DNA from: Candidatus Gastranaerophilales bacterium
GTDB taxonomy: Bacteria; Cyanobacteriota; Vampirovibrionia; Gastranaerophilales; Gastranaerophilaceae
DNA length: 64,000 bases
Reading direction: 5' to 3'
Assembly: GCA_944326425.1 (NCBI GenBank)
Contig: CALVDX010000002.1
Location: 72,902 to 136,901 of the forward strand
Position 1 is the stretch's first letter, and each line of letters opens with the position of its first letter. Below the pieces are notes generated by a model. It saw nothing but the letters and a program-made list of their open reading frames with translations, had not been told where the DNA came from and did not search any database. The translations under genes and the position numbers were made by a program. Shown here piece by piece: positions 56,594 through 64,000 of the stretch.

Positions 56594-57524
56594 ACGCAAT
56601 CAAATAGCGGTATATCAGGTACTTTTTCAACCCGCTGCCAGAAATATGTATTAAATCTCTGTTGTACAAATCCTTCAATTCGTTGGCAAATATTCTATAC
56701 ATTTCTTTTTGAATATCTTTGTCTGCGTCCCTGCAAAAACCAAGCTGCGGCTTTAATAAATCAGGAATAACCTTTCTTCTAATATATTTTTTCAACTGAT
56801 TATCGTCAACCATTCCATATACATAGCATATATGATTAATACCCGCATAATAATCAAATAACTTTTTGGGAACAGGTTTTGAGTGTGACACTGAGCCGGT
56901 AAGCACAGTATAAAAAGAAAGTTTTTCTTTTATTATAACCGTTTTCGGATTTAACGAACAAACTTCACATGTATGGGAAAAATCTTCAAAACCGGCTTTA
57001 ATAAACTTTATATCTTTAAGAAACTCTTTCCTATAAAACTTCACCCCCGGATTATAGTAAACCCGGTATTTCCGTTTAACGACACAATAATATAAAGGGT
57101 TATATGTTAACAAGAATTCTATTTTTTCCGGAGAATAATTTTCTTTGGAATATTTTTCCGGTTCACTTTCCATCCCGCAGCAAACCATATCAGCACCATA
57201 TGTTGATGCGAAATAATACATAACCTCCAGAAACTGAGGATGGATTGCATCATCAGAATCAAGAAAGTATATATAATCACCTTTAGCCAATTCATAGCCG
57301 TTATTACGCGAATATCCGCACCCCTGATTTTCCTGATTAACAACCCTGACCCTCGCATCTTTACGGCTGTATTCATTCAAAATATCCAATGTCCGGTCTT
57401 TTGATCCGTCATTTACACAGATTATTTCAAAGTCCGAAAAAGTTTGCTTTAAAACACTATCAAGACAGTATGCTATATACCTTTCTGCATTATAAGCAGG
57501 AATAATTACAGATATTTTAGGCAT
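56580..57524 (-). CDS. Family 2 glycosyltransferase
   Basis: ISVIIPAYNAERYI...CVNDGSKD...DSDD. Confidence 0.85.
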   Translation of the reverse strand: MPKISVIIPAYNAERYIAYCLDSVLKQTFSDFEIICVNDGSKDRTLDILNEYSRKDARVRVVNQENQGCGYSRNNGYELAKGDYIYFLDSDDAIHPQFLEVMYYFASTYGADMVCCGMESEPEKYSKENYSPEKIEFLLTYNPLYYCVVKRKYRVYYNPGVKFYRKEFLKDIKFIKAGFEDFSHTCEVCSLNPKTVIIKEKLSFYTVLTGSVSHSKPVPKKLFDYYAGINHICYVYGMVDDNQLKKYIRRKVIPDLLKPQLGFCRDADKDIQKEMYRIFANELKDLYNRDLIHISGSGLKKYLIYRYLIAFMAD

Positions 57525-57710
57525 TCCACTCTCCTATTCCAATTACAAATAATACTACAACATAAACAGGAATTATACAATATAAATAATGTAAAAATAG
57601 GCATGTATTCCTATAAATAAAATGTTAAAAATTATTAAGTTATCTTAAAAAACGCGCAATTATTTTTTTTAGGAGTTTTAATAGAAGCATAAGAAATAGA
57701 AGGACTTATT

Positions 57711-58181
57711 ATGCATATTACACCGGTTAATACAAATACAAAAAAAGACAATCCGGCTTTTGGCGCAAAAATAGGAAGCCGTCTGAAGATATATGCACAG
57801 AAAGACCCCAGATTTGAAAATTTTATGAAAGAATTTTCTAAATGGGGCGACTCTAATACTGTAGTCGATATCTATAACACCCAGGTAAACGGCAAAACAA
57901 AGTACATGCTGAGACTGGAAAATCAGGTTCTTGATCGTACAAACGTCAAAATAACAAAAGATGATGCTGTTTTTATGCCGGCAAAATTAATAGATACGTT
58001 TTTCAACCTTACAGAAAAATCAATCCTATGGGCTGAGGACAGACTGTTTATAGAAGTAAAAAAATTCCTGAGTAACTCCCCTGCACGTTATAGAGAATGG
58101 TACGCTAATATATTAAGACAACAGGAACAAAAAGGAAAAACATTTGACCATGACACAGCAAAACGTTTCCAAAGGTTATAA
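57711..58181 (+). CDS. Small hypothetical protein, N-terminal motif family
   Basis: MHITPVNTNTKKDNPAFGAK. A paralog of the proteins at 58212 and 52313. Confidence 0.5.
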   Translation: MHITPVNTNTKKDNPAFGAKIGSRLKIYAQKDPRFENFMKEFSKWGDSNTVVDIYNTQVNGKTKYMLRLENQVLDRTNVKITKDDAVFMPAKLIDTFFNLTEKSILWAEDRLFIEVKKFLSNSPARYREWYANILRQQEQKGKTFDHDTAKRFQRL

Positions 58182-58211
58182 ATAGTTACCCCAAAAATAA
58201 AGGAGCAAAAA

Positions 58212-58721
58212 ATGAAAATCAATACTATCAGCACAAATTACAATACCCCGGGATTCGGCGCAAAATTAAACGGAAAGTTAACCTTTGACCTATCTACAGA
58301 ATTATTTGCACACAAGCTTGGGAAATACGGTCAAGCCTATGATGCACACTGCAAAAAACTTGCCTCTGCAGGCTCGGAAACATCAGAATTGTATCTTTCA
58401 AAAAACGGAGGCGGAACAATAGGGTTTAATCTTAAAAACCCATCAATCACAACCGCATACGAAATTCCGATGGGGGAAGCAGAACCGGGACACCTGCTGG
58501 AAACCTTCTTCAAAATTAAACCGGAAGATATTATTAAGGCAGAAGAAAAAATGAAATCATTAATCAATGAAAAAATCAGCGGACTTATAAAAGCGGCTCA
58601 GTCAGATAAAAATGTTTATAATACCGTTACAAAAGCAGGCAAAGACAGCAATGTTGAAAAAGCCGTCAAAAACCTTGATGACAATACAATCATAGACCTG
58701 TATTATTCAACAAAGAAATAA
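58212..58721 (+). CDS. Small hypothetical protein, N-terminal motif family
   Basis: MKINTISTNYNTPGFGAK, with AAGGAG upstream. Confidence 0.5.
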   Translation: MKINTISTNYNTPGFGAKLNGKLTFDLSTELFAHKLGKYGQAYDAHCKKLASAGSETSELYLSKNGGGTIGFNLKNPSITTAYEIPMGEAEPGHLLETFFKIKPEDIIKAEEKMKSLINEKISGLIKAAQSDKNVYNTVTKAGKDSNVEKAVKNLDDNTIIDLYYSTKK

Positions 58722-58832
58722 TCTTTTATAATACACATCTAAAGCCCGCATTTTACATAAACTTCCGGCAAACAGCCGACTCGGTTTCAACCTCACGGTA
58801 CAGCTGTTTGTTATTTTGTAGGTGCATAGTAG

Positions 58833-59693
58833 TTATGTGTTTTTATTTTGATACATTTCTTCAACTTCCCTGCGTAACTCTAAATTCTTTGCTTTCAGTT
58901 TTAATATTGGCTCAAACAGAATCAATGTTACTCCTAATAGCACTGATATATATATCACATAAAACATTACCCAATCATTTTTACAGCCGTATATTAACAA
59001 GCAAAGCAATATTATCCAAACTAATAATACATATAATATCTTCTGCTTTAATTTCGCAACTATAGGCACAGCCTTAGGAACAATCAACAGAGGAAAAGTC
59101 ATTAATATTATTATAAAGTTAAAAACCATATTAAATAATAAATATTTTCTATCAAGCATTTCAAACATTAAACCGCACAGAATAAAAGAAAAGAACAATA
59201 CAATACATATAAACACAAAATTTAAAAAATTTATTCCCTTATAACAATGCTTTTTTACACTGCTTTCATATTGCCAATAAGCAAATAGTGATATTATCTG
59301 TATTACAAACGGTATATTAAATAAAAGCATCACAATTATTCCGCTTAAACTACCACACCCTAAAAATAAAAAGGGTAATAAGATTAAAAGTACTATATAA
59401 AATTTATATCTCGCCTTTTTATTATTTTTTAGATAATAAATTTTACTAAGAAAACCGTGATTTAAACTAAAATTAAATATATTTATATACATTGAATACA
59501 AACAAATAAATAACGAAAGCCAGACAAATACAAAAATTGAAACAGAAGCCCAAACAGACTCTTGTTTATCACAACTGTCAACTCCGAATGCAAACAATAA
59601 CAATTCTAGCATGCCGCTCCATAGCACTATTGCATTTAATAAGATTAATAATAGTATTTCTATTATTGGTACTTTTTTTAAGATATTAAGCAT
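58833..59693 (-). CDS. Cassette B, polytopic membrane protein (~8 TM) with the tail PILKLKAKNLELRRE
   Basis: Its C-terminal half is homologous to 41290..41745. A 33-nt stretch is identical at 58879-58911. Confidence 0.6.
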   Translation of the reverse strand: MLNILKKVPIIEILLLILLNAIVLWSGMLELLLFAFGVDSCDKQESVWASVSIFVFVWLSLFICLYSMYINIFNFSLNHGFLSKIYYLKNNKKARYKFYIVLLILLPFLFLGCGSLSGIIVMLLFNIPFVIQIISLFAYWQYESSVKKHCYKGINFLNFVFICIVLFFSFILCGLMFEMLDRKYLLFNMVFNFIIILMTFPLLIVPKAVPIVAKLKQKILYVLLVWIILLCLLIYGCKNDWVMFYVIYISVLLGVTLILFEPILKLKAKNLELRREVEEMYQNKNT

Positions 59694-59752
59694 ACAATTG
59701 CTCCGGTTGGTAGTATATTAACATATACCATCAACTTTTTACTAATCTATCA

Positions 59753-60682
59753 TTACCACAAATAGCCCTGCTTTAACTCCTCTCTTGCATATTCATTTTT
59801 AAAACGCAGCTTTCGCATCGGTTCATAAAGTATAAGCAATACAATATACATCAAGACAAATGCGTAGCAGGTCAAATAAAATATCGTTTTACCTTGAAAT
59901 CCATAGCCTGCAAAAACTAATCCAATCAACAATATTAACGGTATAATAAAATATTTTTTCGATAGACTAACAATTTTAGTCATTCCGGAGGATACAGATA
60001 ATGGCACCAGAAAAAGTATTGTAACAAAGTATAACACCCAAACAAAAACTAACCCTTCATTCTCAATTTCCATATTATGCACCAAGTAAACAGGCAGCAT
60101 TGATACCCCTATTAAAAGCAGCACCTGAATTATGATATTATTTAATACAGTCCAAAGTACCAGTTTGATTTTTTGAGACAAATGTCCTTTTATCCCCCAA
60201 ACCTCATAAATTAACATTATCGGAAATGCAGGTGTATAAAAGTATGACATTATAGCGACAACAATCGCATATAATTGTTTTACCAACACAGTTTTTGCAA
60301 TAAATACATTATCATTACCGGAAACTATTGCAGAATATACAAGAAAAACCTGCAAAAATGACATTAAAAAGTATAACAACCACCTTATTTTAGATTGTTT
60401 TTTCAATTTATAGGCAAAACCTAAAAGCTTTTTATCAGAAGTTAATAAAAAAACACACAAATACGCAGCCGCAACAAAAAATCCCAAATTAGGAAATGTC
60501 ATTAAAGCTGCCAAATCGTCCGGTCGTTTTAAAGAATCTTCTGCATAAGCTACCCACATGTAAAAATATAACATGTACACCAATAACATAAACAAACTAA
60601 TTAAAACCAACAAAACATACTCGATTATTGATCTATTTTTAATAGTTGCTAACATTTGTTCTTTTAATTTAATAAAAGGCAT
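59753..60682 (-). CDS. Cassette B, polytopic membrane protein (~9 TM)
   Basis: Occupies the same position as 41724..42701. Tail: EPMRKLRFKNEYAREE. Confidence 0.6.
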   Translation of the reverse strand: MPFIKLKEQMLATIKNRSIIEYVLLVLISLFMLLVYMLYFYMWVAYAEDSLKRPDDLAALMTFPNLGFFVAAAYLCVFLLTSDKKLLGFAYKLKKQSKIRWLLYFLMSFLQVFLVYSAIVSGNDNVFIAKTVLVKQLYAIVVAIMSYFYTPAFPIMLIYEVWGIKGHLSQKIKLVLWTVLNNIIIQVLLLIGVSMLPVYLVHNMEIENEGLVFVWVLYFVTILFLVPLSVSSGMTKIVSLSKKYFIIPLILLIGLVFAGYGFQGKTIFYLTCYAFVLMYIVLLILYEPMRKLRFKNEYAREELKQGYLW

Positions 60683-60735
60683 ACGATTATTTTATCATAC
60701 GCCTTTTAATATTTCAACAGTTTTAATATAATTTC

Positions 60736-62190
60736 TTATTTCCAGCCGGGCAAGTTCGAGAGTTCTTCTTTTGTATATGTAATATTCAATAGCAATACAT
60801 AATTTGTCAATCTGCCAATTAATTGTTGTATATTCGCAGAATTATTCATTATAGAAAATAAAACAGCATCTTTACTCCATTTTCTTCTTTCAAAATCATA
60901 GTAATCAGGTATTTGCAGATGTAAATTACCACTGTTATCAATATAAGCATTATACACATGTGTCTCCCCAAGCAGAGTATCTAAGTCTCTGTCATTATAG
61001 AAACTAATATCGTTAACTATCTTACCTTTGAAATTTCCACTTTTTATCGCATTTTGATTTTGAATGATAAACTCTTTTAGACGATTACTGTTTTTCACCT
61101 CTTTTATAAGAGGCGATTGTGGTCTGGGCATAACTACAAGCGTATTTTCATTTATTGTATTGTTCATTTTAAATAAATGCCTTTTTAATATAGGATTACT
61201 AACGGACATCATATAAGTATATTCATTATCCAAATCTTTTTTAATATATTCTTCCGGTTCAAGAGATAGTCTATAATAATTTGCTGATAATGGGCGATTA
61301 CGATTAATCAGTTTAAAACTACTTAAAGTTTTATTTTTTGCAATAGCTGCTTGTATAGGACTCAATAAAATTTCAGGATACAATGTCACAATATTTTTAA
61401 CTTTATCTTTAAACCCTAAATCATTTTTATACAAAAATAATTTATCCATTATTATAGACTTAACATCTTCTGCTGTTATTTGCTTATTTGGCAGTACAGC
61501 TTTTATGTTTCTATACTTATGATCCCTACTATATTCTCCGGCCAAATCATCCAAGACTCCTAAATACCTTCGCTCCGGCAATTCAATATTTTTTATCTCC
61601 ATCTCCCTGCCGGTATAGGGTTTGGAAATTGGTTTAGGTTGGGGCGATGGTTTTATATTTGGTTGTATATTCACTGCAGGTATTTCATTACTTACATCGT
61701 GCGACATTTCTATCTGACCTGTCAGCATTCCGTTTGATGGGTATAACGGGGCTTGATCAGGCTCTATATCACCAGTATCCGGAGCCACATACTCTAATTC
61801 CGTTTCAGGAAGTATATCTATAAGCTCCTGCAGGTAGTCTATATCTTCATCCGCTCTATTTACCCCTGCCCCGTAACGCTCCTGGACATCTCTATCCATA
61901 TAATCATTTATCTCTTTTTCAAGTTCTGATTTGTATTCTTGAGGTGACTTCATTACAGGTTTATCAGGGGCTGCATGTCCCGCCTTTGAGCGGTAATGCG
62001 CCCTTACTACCGTTCCGTCCTGTCTTGTATATTCTTGAACAAAAACAACATCTGATGAGTTTGCACGTTCAGCATTCATTGGAAATCCTATCTTTCCATA
62101 CTGATAATCAAGAGCTTTTTGATAGTACTTTCCTTCTTCATTATCCATCGCTAGTACATCTTCATAGCTGAATATTCTGTTGTCATTCAT
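60736..62190 (-). CDS. Cassette B, soluble protein with conserved N- and C-terminal modules and a longer variable core
   Basis: Collinear with the 42765..43847 protein at both ends. An SD-preceded 11-codon ORF (62225..62190) ends in TAATG, overlapping this ATG. Confidence 0.65.
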   Translation of the reverse strand: MNDNRIFSYEDVLAMDNEEGKYYQKALDYQYGKIGFPMNAERANSSDVVFVQEYTRQDGTVVRAHYRSKAGHAAPDKPVMKSPQEYKSELEKEINDYMDRDVQERYGAGVNRADEDIDYLQELIDILPETELEYVAPDTGDIEPDQAPLYPSNGMLTGQIEMSHDVSNEIPAVNIQPNIKPSPQPKPISKPYTGREMEIKNIELPERRYLGVLDDLAGEYSRDHKYRNIKAVLPNKQITAEDVKSIIMDKLFLYKNDLGFKDKVKNIVTLYPEILLSPIQAAIAKNKTLSSFKLINRNRPLSANYYRLSLEPEEYIKKDLDNEYTYMMSVSNPILKRHLFKMNNTINENTLVVMPRPQSPLIKEVKNSNRLKEFIIQNQNAIKSGNFKGKIVNDISFYNDRDLDTLLGETHVYNAYIDNSGNLHLQIPDYYDFERRKWSKDAVLFSIMNNSANIQQLIGRLTNYVLLLNITYTKEELSNLPGWK

Positions 62191-62291
62191 TACGTCGTTG
62201 CGTAATCCCTTAAACTTTTTGTCATTTTAAAATCTCCTTAAATAATATTTTGTACGACTTTTGTATTACTAATTTTTACATAATAATAGCA

Positions 62292-62320
62292 GTGTACATT
62301 ATTTATTAGATTTTGTCAAG
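62292..62320 (-). promoter_or_regulatory. Sigma70-type promoter of cassette B
   Basis: On the minus strand: TTGACA (62320..62315), a 17-nt spacer and TACACT (62297..62292). Confidence 0.5.
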
Positions 62321-62370
62321 TGTTTTTGTGTATTTATAAATTTCACTATGACATTCACCAATTAGCAAAC

Positions 62371-62405
62371 AAAAAAAGAACCCGAAGAAATTCGGGTTCT
62401 TTTCC
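62371..62405 (-). terminator. Intrinsic terminator after the oxidoreductase gene
   Basis: agaacccgaa-gaaa-ttcgggttct, with a T-run on the minus strand. Confidence 0.75.
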
Positions 62406-62424
62406 GTTTATGAATTAACAAAAA

Positions 62425-64000
62425 CTACTTCATCAATTCACCGACTGCTTTGTAAACAGCCATTCTTTGTGCTGCATCCTTTTCTGCTTGAGCGTACAAA
62501 TCTTCAGCAGCCTCCGGATTAGTCTTTAACAATGATTTGTAACGACCTTCGGATCTGATGAATTCCTGATAGCTGCCCTTAGGATCTTTAGCATCCCAGG
62601 TGAACGGTACTTCGTTATCCGGATTATACCTGTATAACGGGAAGTAACCGGCTTCAACAGCACGTTTTTGTTCTGTTTGTGTCTTGCTCATATCAATACC
62701 GTGAGCGATACAAGGAGCATAAGCAAAAATGATTGAAGGCCCGTTATACGCTTCAGCCTCCTGGAATGCTTTAAGAGTTTGCGCTCTGTCAGCACCTAGA
62801 GCAACTGATGCAACATATACATAACCGTATGACATACTCATCAAGCCCATGTTTTTCTTGTAAGTTTTCTTACCGCCAGTTGCAAACTTCGCTACAGCGC
62901 CGGTCGGAGTTGATTTAGAAGCCTGACCGCCGGTGTTAGAGTAAACCTCGGTATCAAGAACAAGGATATTAACGTTTTGGTTTTGAGCCAATACGTGGTC
63001 AATACCGCCGTAGCCGATATCGTTAGCCCATCCGTCACCGCCGATAATCCAGACTGATTTATCTGTGAAGTAGTCTTGAAGTTCTCTTACCTTTGCTAAA
63101 TCAGGACATTGAGCATCTGCATATTTTGCAAGAACCTTCTTAGCGTTTTCTTGCGCCGCAACCGCTTCTTCTGTCTTAGAGTTATCAAAGTGTGACATTG
63201 CCTCTTCCAGTGCAGATTTCAAATCAGCCGGAGTTTTTTCGTTTTCAAGAACTTTTTCAACATAAGTTTTCAAAGTATCTCTGTTTTGGTCAACTGCAAG
63301 TCTCATACCAAAACCGAATTCAGCGTTGTCCTCAAACAGTGAGTTAGCCCATGCCGGCCCTCTGCCATCCTTATTCTTGGTGTAAGGAATAGTCGGGAAA
63401 GTACCGGAATAGATTGAAGAACAGCCGGTTGCGTTAGCAATAATTGCATTTTCGCCGAACAGTTGTGAAACAAGTTTAACGTAAGGTGTTTCACCGCAGC
63501 CTGCGCAGGCGCCTGAAAATTCAAACAACGGTTTTCTGAGCATTGCACCCTTGATAGTCTTGGTTGTGTTTTTGCCCATTACGTTATCAGGAAGTGCATC
63601 AAAGAATTCTTCGTTAGCCATTTCACCTGCAGCTTCTTCTTTTTCAATAGATGACCATACAAGTGCCTGTTTATCAGGATTCTTTGACATCGGACACTGG
63701 TCGATACAAACACCGCAGCCTGTACAATCCTTGCAGTAAACCTGAACTTTGAATTTTTCACCGTGATCGTTCGGTTTTGCATCAATTGTATCGAATGATG
63801 CAGGTGCATCTTTGAGGTTTTCAGGTTCCATTAACTTGGTTCTGATTGCAGCATGCGGACACGCAGATGCGCAGATACCGCACTGGATACAGTTTTCAGC
63901 ATTCCAGTGAGGAACTCTCGGTGCAATTGCACGTTTTTCAAGACATGCTGTACCTGTAGGTATAACACCGTCATTTGACATTGCAGAAACAGGGATGTCA
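62425..64000 (-). CDS. nifJ: Pyruvate:ferredoxin (flavodoxin) oxidoreductase, C-terminal part (5' end outside window)
   Basis: Two 4Fe-4S motifs (CIQCGICASACP, CTGCGVCIDQCP) and a TPP-binding region (GGDGWANDIGYGG). The frame stays open to the window edge. Confidence 0.9.
   Translation of the reverse strand, partial: DIPVSAMSNDGVIPTGTACLEKRAIAPRVPHWNAENCIQCGICASACPHAAIRTKLMEPENLKDAPASFDTIDAKPNDHGEKFKVQVYCKDCTGCGVCIDQCPMSKNPDKQALVWSSIEKEEAAGEMANEEFFDALPDNVMGKNTTKTIKGAMLRKPLFEFSGACAGCGETPYVKLVSQLFGENAIIANATGCSSIYSGTFPTIPYTKNKDGRGPAWANSLFEDNAEFGFGMRLAVDQNRDTLKTYVEKVLENEKTPADLKSALEEAMSHFDNSKTEEAVAAQENAKKVLAKYADAQCPDLAKVRELQDYFTDKSVWIIGGDGWANDIGYGGIDHVLAQNQNVNILVLDTEVYSNTGGQASKSTPTGAVAKFATGGKKTYKKNMGLMSMSYGYVYVASVALGADRAQTLKAFQEAEAYNGPSIIFAYAPCIAHGIDMSKTQTEQKRAVEAGYFPLYRYNPDNEVPFTWDAKDPKGSYQEFIRSEGRYKSLLKTNPEAAEDLYAQAEKDAAQRMAVYKAVGELMK

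Noticed and set aside
1-64000. Mobile elements, prophage, integrative elements, tRNA or rRNA genes, and diversity-generating retroelements.
   Set aside because: No transposase, integrase, reverse transcriptase, phage structural gene or tRNA-like sequence was recognised anywhere in the window. The duplicated cassettes lack terminal inverted repeats.

Overview
This is a low-GC, densely coding chromosomal window from what looks like an anaerobic, fermentative, flagellated bacterium. Taxonomy cannot be fixed from the window. Recognisable core genes are pflB and pflA, glgC, mnmE, queC, a feoA-feoB fusion, a MarR/EmrA/EmrB-like efflux set, ogt, hpf, glycosyltransferases, the flagellar export operon fliPQR-flhBA followed by a PilZ gene, hydE-like, nadA, and the 3' part of a pyruvate:ferredoxin oxidoreductase. 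No rRNA, tRNA, CRISPR array, transposase or integrase was seen. The accessory content is the interesting part. (1) A three-gene cassette occurs twice (41290-43847 and 58833-62225): a soluble protein with conserved ends and a variable core, followed by two polytopic membrane proteins. Its boundaries are conserved at nucleotide level and its interior has diverged. (2) A third, smaller gene pair (494-1489) shares a distinctive EY-R-DGTVV-AH-RS motif with the cassette proteins, but only in a frame reached across a G8 homopolymer. (3) A ~60-nt sRNA candidate occurs twice, with a conserved promoter, conserved loop, covarying stem and terminator. The second copy sits with a truncated orphan ORF between pflB and pflA. 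(4) A candidate type I toxin-antitoxin locus lies at about 25.4-25.7 kb. (5) A GC-rich, ORF-free structured block and a 60-nt tandem repeat lie upstream of a CCA-adding-enzyme-family gene. (6) Recurrent promoter architectures include perfect matches to the cyanobacterial HLR1 (RpaB) direct repeat, a GGCAAT-N20-TATAnA arrangement, and a shared leader containing a (CATAT)n repeat. (7) Several hypothetical proteins share an N-terminal I-x-P...N-P-x-F motif. All functional interpretations of the accessory elements are inference.
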